From an uncultured bacterium (lineage in GTDB: Bacteria > Hydrogenedentota > Hydrogenedentia > Hydrogenedentales > JAEUWI01): 27,750 nucleotides of DNA. A program made the translations under genes and the position numbers. Below are positions 1 to 9,044 of the stretch, one piece after another; the first letter of the stretch is position 1, and the number at the start of each line of letters is the position of its first letter. The notes beneath the pieces were generated by a model. It was not told where the DNA came from. It saw only the letters and a list, made by a program, of their open reading frames with translations, and did not search any database. The stretch lies in assembly GCA_963977445.1 (NCBI GenBank), contig CAXBPH010000073.1, positions 1-27,750 of the forward strand, read 5' to 3'.

Positions 1-130
1 AAGTCATTCGGGAGACATGCAACACCACGTCGTGCCATGCAGCTTGACGTATGTCATTCACCGGATGCGGTGTGTCGGTGGTCTTGAATTTACGCTGCGT
101 CAGGCAGGAATGCCCAACCCCCCTTTTCTT

Positions 131-164
131 AAAACGCCCCGCCGGAATTCCTCCAGCGGGGCGT
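131..164 (-). terminator. Probable intrinsic terminator after the thiolase gene
   Basis: Stem acgccccgc (134-142) / gcggggcgt (156-164), followed on the minus strand by TTTT; about 35 nt past the thiolase stop. Confidence 0.6.
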
Positions 165-198
165 CGTCTATCCATTGATACTTCATATTCAGCGCGTG

Positions 199-1362
199 CT
201 ACTCACACAGCTCAAAAATTCCCGCGCCGCCCATGCCGCCGCCGATGCACATGGTCACGAGGCCGTATTTAATCTTACTGCGTTTCATTTCGTGGAGCAG
301 GGTCGCCACCAACTTCGCGCCGGTGCAGCCGAGGGGGTGGCCCAGGGCGATGGCGCCGCCGTTGACGTTGACGATGTCCTCCGAAAAACCCATTTCGCGG
401 ACGACGTGAATCGTCTGGGTGGCAAAGGCTTCGTTGCATTCCACGAGGCCGATGTCTTCGGGTTTGATGCCGGCCATTTTGCAGGCGGCGTGGATGGCGG
501 GCACCTGGGGTGGCCCGAGGTATTTGGGATCGCCCGCTTTGACGACCCAGGCGCGCATTTTGCCCAGGGGCTTGAGGCCGAATTCTTTCACGGCTTCGCC
601 GCTGGCCAGGAGGCAGGCCGCGCCGCCGTCACTGGTCTGACTGGAGTTACCCGCCGTGCAGACGCCCATTTTGGGGTTGGCTGCGAAGGCGAGGCGCAGG
701 CCACCGAGGACCTCCGCCGTCGTTTCCGGTCGGGGGCCTTCGTCGGTGTCAAAGGTGAAAGTGCCGCCGCCGGGGAGTTTCACTTCCACGGGTACGATTT
801 CGTCTTTGAATTTACCGGCGGCGATGGCCGCACCGGCACGTTGCTGACTCCGGGCGCCCCATTTATCGGCGTCTTCCCGGGTGATGTTAAAATCGCGGCC
901 CACGTTGTCGCCACAGGTGCCCATGGCGATGTAGATCTCGGGGAGCTCTTCCACGAGGGTCGGGTTGGGACTGGGCTTGTTGCCGCCGGCCCCCACCATG
1001 CTCATGGATTCGGTGCCACCAGCGATGGCGACATTGAGCATGCCGCATTCGATTTTGGCACCGGCCACGGCAAGCGCTTCCGTGCCGGAGGAACAAAAAC
1101 GGTTGATGGTCATGCCGCTGACCGATTCGGGCAGACCGGCACGGAGGAGGGCGATGCGGGCTACGTTCATGCCTTGCTCGGCTTCGGGAGTGGCGCAGCC
1201 CATGACGACGTCGTCGATTTTCGACGGGTCGATACCAGCGGCTTCCACGGCACCTTTTATGGCCGCTGCGGCCAGGTCGTCGGGACGGGTCTGTTGGAGC
1301 GTCCCGCGGCCCGATTTACCCACTGCGGTTCGTTTGGCGGATACAACGTATACATTATCCAT
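199..1362 (-). CDS. fadA: Acetyl-CoA C-acyltransferase (3-ketoacyl-CoA thiolase)
   Basis: Thiolase motifs NRFCSSG (nucleophilic Cys), [16 protein letters not shown] and MCIGGGMG; 387 aa; downstream of the FadN-type gene on the same strand. Confidence 0.95.
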   Translation of the reverse strand: MDNVYVVSAKRTAVGKSGRGTLQQTRPDDLAAAAIKGAVEAAGIDPSKIDDVVMGCATPEAEQGMNVARIALLRAGLPESVSGMTINRFCSSGTEALAVAGAKIECGMLNVAIAGGTESMSMVGAGGNKPSPNPTLVEELPEIYIAMGTCGDNVGRDFNITREDADKWGARSQQRAGAAIAAGKFKDEIVPVEVKLPGGGTFTFDTDEGPRPETTAEVLGGLRLAFAANPKMGVCTAGNSSQTSDGGAACLLASGEAVKEFGLKPLGKMRAWVVKAGDPKYLGPPQVPAIHAACKMAGIKPEDIGLVECNEAFATQTIHVVREMGFSEDIVNVNGGAIALGHPLGCTGAKLVATLLHEMKRSKIKYGLVTMCIGGGMGGAGIFELCE

Positions 1363-1422
1363 TATCCATTCCTTTCAGCGACGGCGACAGGGTGGCTGTC
1401 GGTGGCCGCAAGTGAAGATCTT

Positions 1423-1761
1423 AACCACGAATGAACACGAATTTACACGAATACGAACTGCCGTGAATTCCGCCCCAAAGGGGCCTGGCAGCCTAGCCCA
1501 GGGCAACGCCCTGGGTACGAGACAGCCATTTTCTAACAGCCCTGTAGGGGCGGCACAATGGGCAATTCCGGGCTCCGATACCGCCCTTTCAGGGCTGATA
1601 GTTATTAGGGATCCACTAACCCAGGGCGTCGCCCTGGGCTAGGCTGCGCTGGCCCTTCGGGCCGAATCCGATTGGTGGCCGGGTTGCCGTTTTTTTTAAA
1701 AATGGCTACGCTCCCAAATTCACCCAATCTAATTCGTGTTTATTCGTGTTCATTCGTGGTT
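1423..1761. repeat. Nested palindromic intergenic element (REP/MITE-like) between the two fad genes
   Basis: Outer arms 1423-1452 and 1732-1761 are reverse complements at 28/30. Middle arms about 1481-1516 / 1619-1655 (gcagcctagcccagggcaacgccctggg). Inner arms 1538-1553 / 1581-1596. Confidence 0.85.
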
Positions 1762-1792
1762 CAACTATTTATTTCCGTCTAACCGATCGCGC

Positions 1793-4192
1793 TCAATTGC
1801 GCAGGGGTTTGTTGTTCATCAGCATGTGTTGAATGCGCTCGACAGTTTTCTCGGTGCCGCAGAGGCTGAGGAAACCTTCGCATTCCAGGTCAAGCAGGTC
1901 CTGCTCGGTGATGGGCGTACCGGCGATGCGGTCGCCGCCCACCAACACGTTGATCACCTTACTGGCGATGAGGGCGTCGTGTTCGCTGGCCCAGCCATTT
2001 TGCTGCATGCTCCACACGGCGGCCTTGAAGGCGGCGGCGGGGCCGTCACCCAGGGCCTTGAGCTGGGGCGACACCGGCGGCGTATAACCCGCGACGACAA
2101 GTCCCTGACATACGGACTTGGCCTTAGCAATCTGGTGTTCGTAGTTGGGCAACACGATGTCGCTGGTGCGGAAGTAACCGAGTTCGATCACCTCAGCGCC
2201 GCTCGTGCCCACCTTTGCCTGACCAATGGCTTCAAAAGCCCGACGCAGGTAAGGGAATGGATCGACGCTCACCGAGTCGGGACAATATTCCATGGCGCGG
2301 ATGTGCATCTCTTTGCAGCCACCGCCGCCAGGCAACAGCCCTACGCCCATCTCAACGAGCCCGGCGTAGGTTTCACCGGCCAACACGACTTTGTCGGTAT
2401 GCTGACAGATTTCCACGCCACCGCCAAAGGTGTAGTGATGGGGTGCGGCGACGACAGGCTTGCGGCAATATTTCATGCGCATGTTGGTCGAATGGAGTCC
2501 GCGAACGGCCTTCTCCACGCCCGCCCAGTTTTGCTGCATGATTTCCCCAAGGATGAGGAAGATATTCGCGCCCGCGCAGAAGTGTGCCCCCTGGTTGGCG
2601 ACGATCATGCCGTCAAACTGGTCGGCTTCCAACAGGTCCACGCCCTTGTTGAGCATGGCCGTGAGGTCGGGGTCGATGGCGTTCATTTTGCAGTGGAATT
2701 CACAACAGACAATACCGTCGCCCAGGTCAATCAGGCTGGCACTGTCGTTGGTGGCGACCACGTTGGTCTTTTGGGTCTTGATGTTGGCGAGTTTAATCTC
2801 GCGGGGATTCTTGTCCACGGCCTTGTAGGTCTTGCTGGCCATGTCGAAATATTCATCGACCCCATTCTCCACCCGATAAAAGCTGGCGAAGCCCGCATCT
2901 TTCAGGGCCTTGGCTATGGGGGGCAGGTCGACGCCGATGGTGGCCATCTTTTCACAGACCGTGTCGAATCCGAGGATGTCCCACGTTTCGAAGACGCCCA
3001 CTTCCCAGGCAAAGCCCCACTTCACCGCGTTGTCGATATTAACGATGTCGTCGGCGATTTCGGGGATGCGATTCCCTGCATATTGGGCCAGGTTGGCGAA
3101 TTGCTTGAAGACAAACTGGGCACCCTTGTCGTCGCCCAGATTCATGATCTTGAGTTTGTCTTCGATGGTCTCGGCGTTGCGGACGGCACCGGTGCATTCA
3201 AAACGGGCCTTGATGGGCGGCCGGTATTCCAGGGTCTCCGGGTCGAGGCCGAGAATAATGCTCTTCCCTTTTTCGTCCCGTTCGTTCGTCTTCTTATAAA
3301 AGCCCGAGCCGCTCTTGTTGCCCAGGAGGCCTTTGGCCACCATCTTGTCGAACCACTCGGGGCCCTGCATGAGGTCCACACGTTCGTCATCGGGACAGCC
3401 GTTGCGCACATTGCCCACCACGAGATTGAGGGTGTCGAGTCCCACCAGGTCTGCCGTGCGGAAGGTGGCGGAAGAGGCATGGCCGATGGCCGGTCCCGTG
3501 AGGGCGTCCACCTCTTCCCAGCTGAGGCCGTCCTTCGTCATTTCATGCATGGTGTATTGCATGGCGAAGGTCAGGAGGCGGTTGGCCACAAAATTGGGCG
3601 TGTCCTTGGCATACACAATACCCTTGCCCAAAACGTTTTCGCAGAAGGACGCCATGGTGGCGATGACTTCGGGTTTCGTGTTGGGGCTGGGGATGATTTC
3701 CAGGAGTTTGAGGTAGCGCGGCGGGTTGAAGAAGTGGGTGCCGAGAAAGTGGGCACTCATTTCTTCGGTCATGCCGGCCGCCATGGCCTTGATGGGGATG
3801 CCGCTCGTATTGGAGCTCACGATGGTGCCCGGCGTGCGGTGTTTGGCGATATTCTCGTAGACCAGCTTCTTGATCTTCAGGTCTTCTTTCACGACCTCGA
3901 TGATCCAGTCGCAATCGGCGATCTTCGCCATGTCATCATCAAAATTTCCCGTCTCAATGCGACCAAGGACCGATTGGGTATAGATCGGTGAGGGTTTTGC
4001 TTTCATCAGGGCCGCTTTGGCCCCATCGACGATAGCGTTACGCTTCCCCTTCTTTTTCTGGTCGGCATCTGACAAGTTGGGGGTAACAATATCCAGCATG
4101 ATGCTGGGGATACCACAATTGGCAAGGTGGGCTGCAATGGCCGCACCCATGACGCCGGAGCCGAGGACGGCAACGCGTTTAATATCGCTCAT
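1793..4192 (-). CDS. 3-hydroxyacyl-CoA dehydrogenase / enoyl-CoA hydratase (FadN-type, about 799 aa)
   Basis: N-terminal Rossmann VAVLGSGVMG, SSNTSGIP, HFFNPPRY, PNFVANR; C-terminal crotonase domain (FCAGAN, GGGVE, GLLPGGGG). Start moved to ATG 4192, which has an AAGGAG RBS. Confidence 0.93.
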   Translation of the reverse strand: MSDIKRVAVLGSGVMGAAIAAHLANCGIPSIMLDIVTPNLSDADQKKKGKRNAIVDGAKAALMKAKPSPIYTQSVLGRIETGNFDDDMAKIADCDWIIEVVKEDLKIKKLVYENIAKHRTPGTIVSSNTSGIPIKAMAAGMTEEMSAHFLGTHFFNPPRYLKLLEIIPSPNTKPEVIATMASFCENVLGKGIVYAKDTPNFVANRLLTFAMQYTMHEMTKDGLSWEEVDALTGPAIGHASSATFRTADLVGLDTLNLVVGNVRNGCPDDERVDLMQGPEWFDKMVAKGLLGNKSGSGFYKKTNERDEKGKSIILGLDPETLEYRPPIKARFECTGAVRNAETIEDKLKIMNLGDDKGAQFVFKQFANLAQYAGNRIPEIADDIVNIDNAVKWGFAWEVGVFETWDILGFDTVCEKMATIGVDLPPIAKALKDAGFASFYRVENGVDEYFDMASKTYKAVDKNPREIKLANIKTQKTNVVATNDSASLIDLGDGIVCCEFHCKMNAIDPDLTAMLNKGVDLLEADQFDGMIVANQGAHFCAGANIFLILGEIMQQNWAGVEKAVRGLHSTNMRMKYCRKPVVAAPHHYTFGGGVEICQHTDKVVLAGETYAGLVEMGVGLLPGGGGCKEMHIRAMEYCPDSVSVDPFPYLRRAFEAIGQAKVGTSGAEVIELGYFRTSDIVLPNYEHQIAKAKSVCQGLVVAGYTPPVSPQLKALGDGPAAAFKAAVWSMQQNGWASEHDALIASKVINVLVGGDRIAGTPITEQDLLDLECEGFLSLCGTEKTVERIQHMLMNNKPLRN

Positions 4193-4505
4193 GGGGTTCA
4201 ATCTCCTTCGTGAGCTGCCCAAGACACACTTACTTAACGGTCGTTATACACGATTTCCCATCCTACAGAGGCGCATGGATGCGCGTCAAGGCCTGGGGAT
4301 TGGCGTCTCTCCATTGTTTCATGTCTGTATCTTAGCCTATAGACAGGGTTTATGCCTAGTAAGCGTCCCGAAACGAAATTGGATAATCAATATACGCCTG
4401 AGACCACGGTAAATTCGTCGCCAAACGGGCGGAAAACTACGATGTATGGTACGATTTACGTGTACCTAAACGTATCGTCAGGCGGGGCGCAGCAGGAGCA
4501 TTTGT

Positions 4506-4721
4506 ATGACAGCGGAAGACAAGCGGCGTATCGACCTGAGAGACCTACCGGAGTCGGCTATGGCGGACCTGAAGTCGGCTCCAATTTCGGAAGCACCTGT
4601 GGAGGATGCCGACGTAAAAGGCGGGATTCGCTACGGCATCCGGACGGGCAAGACGGGTGGCATCGCAGCGCCGGGAAGCGCGAAACGACTCACCCCTGCG
4701 GGCGGCGATTCCGGAATATGA
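4506..4721 (+). CDS. Putative RiPP precursor peptide A (double-glycine leader, 71 aa)
   Basis: AGGAG RBS at 4494-4498; leader DKRRIDLRDLP...EDADVKGG; basic Gly/Arg-rich core; paralogous to 4848-5072. Confidence 0.75.
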   Translation: MTAEDKRRIDLRDLPESAMADLKSAPISEAPVEDADVKGGIRYGIRTGKTGGIAAPGSAKRLTPAGGDSGI

Positions 4722-4759
4722 CCGCGTCGGGCGCTTAGGCAACACACCGTAAACTTCTG

Positions 4760-4768
4760 TGGTAGAAT
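4760..4768 (+). promoter_or_regulatory. Possible extended -10 promoter element upstream of peptide B
   Basis: TGGTAGAAT matches TGnTAnnnT about 80 nt before ATG 4848. Confidence 0.3.
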
Positions 4769-4847
4769 TGTAGCGTGCCTTTGCTGTGTATTCCCGACCT
4801 TCGCTTAGGATGGGCTCGTTGTACAGCAAAACTGAGGAGGATATTCC

Positions 4848-5072
4848 ATGAGTACGGACAAGCGTCGAATTTCCATTAGTGACCTGCCAGACAATGCGTC
4901 TGCTGCGTTGAAGGCGGAAGATGTACAGGATACAGAGGGCGTCACCGGTGGTGCTACCCGCATTGGCGCACGCACGAGCATTCGTGTGGGCAAACGCGCC
5001 GGCATTCGGAATATACGAAAACTGAACGGCATTCGAAAAATCGTCTCCGGGGACTCCTGGCTGCAAAAGTAA
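4848..5072 (+). CDS. Putative RiPP precursor peptide B (double-glycine leader, 74 aa)
   Basis: Strong GAGGAGG RBS at 4834-4840; leader DKRRISISDLP...DTEGVTGG; 39-aa core with 7 Arg and 4 Lys. Confidence 0.78.
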   Translation: MSTDKRRISISDLPDNASAALKAEDVQDTEGVTGGATRIGARTSIRVGKRAGIRNIRKLNGIRKIVSGDSWLQK

Positions 5073-5115
5073 CGAACCGGGCTCTCCCCGAATTTCCTGA
5101 AGAGCGGCAGCAACG

Positions 5116-6153
5116 ATGACCACCCAAAACGTCCCTATCTGGCTCGCAGGTATGCCGGAATACAATCTGCGCTTTGACGAGCGCCACGTGCCGAGTGTTC
5201 CGCTGGGCTGCCGGCAGCATGCGTTGGATGTCTTCCACAACTGTGGGGATGAAAGCAGTCTCCGCGGACGCCTGGACGCCGAGTATGTGGCGGTGCTGGA
5301 GGCACTCCTTGACGCAGGCATGCCCTTCCGTATATTGAATCTGAGCACCGCCCAATCCCCGCTGGCAGATCGCCTCCGGGCGGATGGATATCCCGAATTT
5401 CACATCGACGTCTCTGGCCAGGGCAGCACCTACACCTACCCCCGTGATCTGATGGTCTATCTCAATGACTATGAGATTGCCCTCGTTAGTGATAGCTGGC
5501 TTAAACCCGGCGTGGCCGATCTGGGTGGCGTGAATTGCTGGCCAACCTGTTGGTCTGAAGGCGGGCGGATTTTGATGTGCGACGACACGCTCGTTGTCTT
5601 TCGTCATCCCGAGAAAAAAATGGCCCGCGATCAGCCTACCCTGAATCGCCTCCGGGAACGGGGCTTGAAGGTCGTGGAGATTCCTGCGGGGATATTCTGT
5701 ACTATCGATCAAGAGGGTGCCACGACAAATTTATTCTTTGACCCCCACATTGATCGCCTCGGCGGATTGCTCCGGGGCAAGGATGGCCAGCTACACCTCA
5801 TTTTCGGACCGGGCTACCGCACCGGACCCCTGGACAATCCGCTGGACGCCATGGAATCCGCCGATTTGGTTCACCGCATCGCCGAGGCCTCGGGCATCAC
5901 ACTCCACCTGCTTCCGGACGGGGCGCTCCCCTATGGCGCCAGTCTGGTTCAATCGACCAACGGTGCCGTGGTCGTTACAGGCGGGGACCCTTCGGTGGCG
6001 GCCTTGCTGGAAATACTCCTGGGTGCCAACAACGTCGTTCCCACCAGAACGCCGATTACCCACTTCCCCATCTTTGCGAGCGCGGGAATCCACTGTCTGG
6101 TGACGGAAAGCCCCGATTTTCTGCTGTGTCCCCCAAGGGCAAAAAACTGCTGA
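5116..6153 (+). CDS. Pentein-superfamily guanidino-modifying enzyme (agmatine deiminase/peptidyl-arginine deiminase-like, or amidinotransferase)
   Basis: Ordered motifs YPRD (aa108-111), EGG (148-150), HID (211-213) and GIHC (Cys327), matching the WxRD / EGG / HID / IHC signature of AgDI/PPAD-type penteins; 345 aa. Confidence 0.75.
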   Translation: MTTQNVPIWLAGMPEYNLRFDERHVPSVPLGCRQHALDVFHNCGDESSLRGRLDAEYVAVLEALLDAGMPFRILNLSTAQSPLADRLRADGYPEFHIDVSGQGSTYTYPRDLMVYLNDYEIALVSDSWLKPGVADLGGVNCWPTCWSEGGRILMCDDTLVVFRHPEKKMARDQPTLNRLRERGLKVVEIPAGIFCTIDQEGATTNLFFDPHIDRLGGLLRGKDGQLHLIFGPGYRTGPLDNPLDAMESADLVHRIAEASGITLHLLPDGALPYGASLVQSTNGAVVVTGGDPSVAALLEILLGANNVVPTRTPITHFPIFASAGIHCLVTESPDFLLCPPRAKNC

Positions 6154-6393
6154 CGAATCGCTGTTCTTTGTATATACTGTAGGTAGGTAGGGTGCAGCTT
6201 TCAGCGCGTTGCGCAACAACATTGACTCCAAGGGACGCACCTGCAGTACGACGTGCAATGCATTTCGGTAACCCGTCTGGTTCTACTGTCACGGATTGAT
6301 ACCCGGGGCAATTCGATTGTCGGGGCTGCTTGTACAGGGCCATCGTTTCACCTCAGTGGCAGCAATCGCTGCCAGAAAAAGGAGCGTATACAC

Positions 6394-6597
6394 ATGCCCA
6401 TCAAAGACGACGCGTACAACAAAGCACGAGATATCCTCGCCAAAGCCGGCAGTAAATCGGCCAAGAAATCCCACATGAAACACACGGGTAAAAAGGGAAG
6501 TCCCGATGGTCACGGAAAATCTCTCATTGAGGAAGCCCGGGCCGATGGCGTGGATGAGGCAACCCTCGCCAAGGCGGAGAAGGCCATGGGAATCTAG
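6394..6597 (+). CDS. Small basic hypothetical protein (67 aa)
   Basis: AAGGAG RBS before ATG 6394 (MPIKDDAYNKARDILAK...); followed by a terminator. Confidence 0.7.
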   Translation: MPIKDDAYNKARDILAKAGSKSAKKSHMKHTGKKGSPDGHGKSLIEEARADGVDEATLAKAEKAMGI

Positions 6598-6646
6598 TAT
6601 TCACTTCGTCCAGGAAAACGATTTTAACATTGGGTTGAGCACCCTG

Positions 6647-6690
6647 AAGCCGACAACTCCCTCGCGCGGTGTTGTCGGCTTTCCTTTTTT
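6647..6690 (+). terminator. Intrinsic terminator
   Basis: aagccgacaac / gttgtcggctt stem followed by tcctttttt. Confidence 0.8.
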
Positions 6691-7241
6691 GGGTAGTGAC
6701 CCAATCAATCCGGGCGCAAATAACGTAGCCTTCCTATTCTTTATGCATTATGTTGCACCACGCGCGCTGAGACTATATTTCACTCGCCATTGTAATAGGA
6801 CTACACGCGTCATAAATTCATTCCATTAGTAGGGTTGCGGTTTCTCTGCTAACTTTGCTAACGTAACGCACCCTCTGATGCCATATCGGGGTTGGGACGA
6901 TGTGGTAGTTACCTGATATTTCCTGAGGTTATCGCGTAAGTAATCAACGCAGGATTCGGGCGCAAGCCTGGGGCAGCGACTTGCCAAAGGCAGGGTTTAT
7001 TCATACGCGGTAACAACGCCCCCAGGGAATCTCGACACCTTTTGACACGCCAGAACGTATTTCTGAAATTTCATTTTCGAAGGGCAGGATGCGGACAGAT
7101 GGGGCCAAAGTGCACCGTCGATATCCACAACCACGTCACGCTCCGGAACTGAAATGGATAGGGGGGCACTTCCCGCCCCCCGCTTCACGGAATCCTGGTC
7201 CAGTTAGTTTTCAGACAGCGCATGAAAGATGGTGATCACCT

Positions 7242-8393
7242 GTGCTGTATCCCGGCTTGAATGCGTACCGCGCATTCGCGTTTCTTGCTGTATTTCTTTG
7301 TCATGAGTTCAAGCTCCATGCGGGCTATCTTGGGGTGCAGGCGTTTTTCGTCCTGTCCGGATTTCTAATCACGCCCATATTGGTCGACATGAATAGAAAG
7401 CTCGCCGGAAAGACTTATTTCAGTCATTTTTACGGCCGCCGTGCCCTTCGTATTTTTCCCCTCTACTACTTCTATCTGGCCCTCGTCGGTGTAATCGGCT
7501 TCGTATTGCTCCAATTCAATGGTATCCCCGGAATGGGCCACTACGATGAGTTCGTCCGCCAGCTTCCCTGGTCTGCCCTCTTCCTGACGAACTTCTCCAG
7601 CGCCATCGGCCCCTTCGAAAACACCCGTCTCATAAGCCACTTCTGGTCGCTCGCGGTGGAAGAGCAGTTCTACCTATTCTGGCCCATTGTGATCTTCTTG
7701 GTGCCCTTTAAAAAACTACGCCCGGCCCTGCTCTTTTTCATTCTCACCGGGCCGCCCATCCGGTGGCTTATCGGTTCAGACTTTGTATCCCACAGCCTCC
7801 CCTTCCTCAACCAGGACATTGCGATGCGGGTATACGTGTTGCCCTTTTCCCATGTAGATGCCTTCGCTATCGGTGGGTACTTCGCGTTGTATGGCAAAAG
7901 TTTCCGCAGTGGGTCGGTCTGGGCATTGCTCGGATTCACCTACGTTATCGGCGTTGCCACTGCCTGGATGGCCACGGGACATTTTGTTCCCAGCGATCTC
8001 GGCTATGGCCCCTTCATGGTCGATGCGGGCAAACACATATGGGGTTACTCCCTGCTGAACTTCACCTTTGCCTATGTCCTCATACACGTCCGTGACCGGA
8101 AATTCCTACCCTGGCTCTTTGAATTCTCCCCGCTGAATTATCTGGGAAAAATCAGCTATGGGTTGTATGTGTATCACTTTGCCGTCATTCATGTGGTCAA
8201 TATCGCTTTTGCGGACCAACACGATTTAATACGCTATGCCCTTGCGCTTTTCGGGACATTTGTTATCAGCGCCGCGAGCTATGAGCTCATGGAAAAATGG
8301 TTCCTCAAATTTAAAGACGTCTACTTCAAACGCAATGACCCCGTCGATGAGAGCCCCCCTCTGGAAGCAATGAAACCCCTGGAACAGACGTAG
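7242..8393 (+). CDS. Acyltransferase family 3 (OafA/YrhL-like) membrane O-acyltransferase
   Basis: GLNAYRA, GVQAFFVLSGFLIT, RRALRIFPLY, HFWSLAVEEQFY, LGKISYGLYVYH, SYELMEK; multiple hydrophobic segments. Confidence 0.92.
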   Translation: MLYPGLNAYRAFAFLAVFLCHEFKLHAGYLGVQAFFVLSGFLITPILVDMNRKLAGKTYFSHFYGRRALRIFPLYYFYLALVGVIGFVLLQFNGIPGMGHYDEFVRQLPWSALFLTNFSSAIGPFENTRLISHFWSLAVEEQFYLFWPIVIFLVPFKKLRPALLFFILTGPPIRWLIGSDFVSHSLPFLNQDIAMRVYVLPFSHVDAFAIGGYFALYGKSFRSGSVWALLGFTYVIGVATAWMATGHFVPSDLGYGPFMVDAGKHIWGYSLLNFTFAYVLIHVRDRKFLPWLFEFSPLNYLGKISYGLYVYHFAVIHVVNIAFADQHDLIRYALALFGTFVISAASYELMEKWFLKFKDVYFKRNDPVDESPPLEAMKPLEQT

Positions 8394-8450
8394 CGCGAGA
8401 TTGGCGACAGACATAGCGATTGTGGACCGTCATGTGGCTCCTCAATGCAT

Positions 8451-8490
8451 AAAAAACCGCAGACCTGACCCGATACGGGCAGATCTGCGG
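8451..8490 (-). terminator. Intrinsic terminator for the 8519-8770 gene
   Basis: ccgcagacctg...cagatctgcgg hairpin with an adjacent A6 run (T6 on the minus strand). Confidence 0.65.
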
Positions 8491-8518
8491 CGTATAGTGA
8501 CTCAACCCCTTCGGGGGT

Positions 8519-8770
8519 TTACTTTTCCATTTTCCGCACGTTCAATTTCATTTCGTAATCCTGGGAAGCGGTACGAATCAGCTCGGCATTCTTGTTCGCA
8601 TTGCTATAGGTCTCCAGGAGGGCGGCTTCCAGTGCCTCGTCGGGGGTTTCTTCGAGGGCCATCTGAATGACGGCCATTTTCTGGTTCAACGCCGCTTGGC
8701 TGTTGTAGACGTCTTCCACTTTGGTGAGGATAGCCTGCATCGCTTCAATAGATTCGGTCAAGGTAGGCAT
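8519..8770 (-). CDS. Small helical/coiled-coil hypothetical protein (83 aa)
   Basis: AAAGGA RBS, Ala/Glu/Leu/Lys-rich amphipathic sequence, downstream terminator. Confidence 0.75.
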   Translation of the reverse strand: MPTLTESIEAMQAILTKVEDVYNSQAALNQKMAVIQMALEETPDEALEAALLETYSNANKNAELIRTASQDYEMKLNVRKMEK

Positions 8771-9044
8771 GTTGGGTTCCTTTCGTGGGTTAAACGGCCC
8801 CGGCGCGTAGCGCGGGGCACCGTCAGACCCGGACTGTGTCCGCTACCACCTTTGACGCAAGAAGGGTGCCATGGTCTTTTTGCCCATAATAGCCTCTTTT
8901 TGTATAGTTTCTACACAACTTTCCTCCTCCAACCGGGGCCTTACTACACGATTCCGGGGGAAAACGATGCCTTTTAGGATAGGCACGGTCCTTGCACCTA
9001 CCAGTTAATCGGCGCTTAGCTCGCCACAACCTGGAGGTTTGACC

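Noticed and set aside
175..3991. Long plus-strand ORFs 175-1434 and 1736-3991
   Set aside because: Antisense shadows of the thiolase and FadN-type genes, expected with high-GC codon bias; no motifs
4352..5712. Overlapping alternative ORFs (4352-4738 +, 4545-5348 -, 4954-5712 -)
   Set aside because: No convincing RBS or motifs; the two short ORFs are better supported by strong RBSs and mutual homology
6940..7000. gggcgcaagcc...ggcagcgacttgcc, reminiscent of a c-di-GMP-I riboswitch
   Set aside because: Lacks the GGCAAAC-P2-GAAA tetraloop arrangement, and the spacing is too short; an Rfam cmscan would settle it
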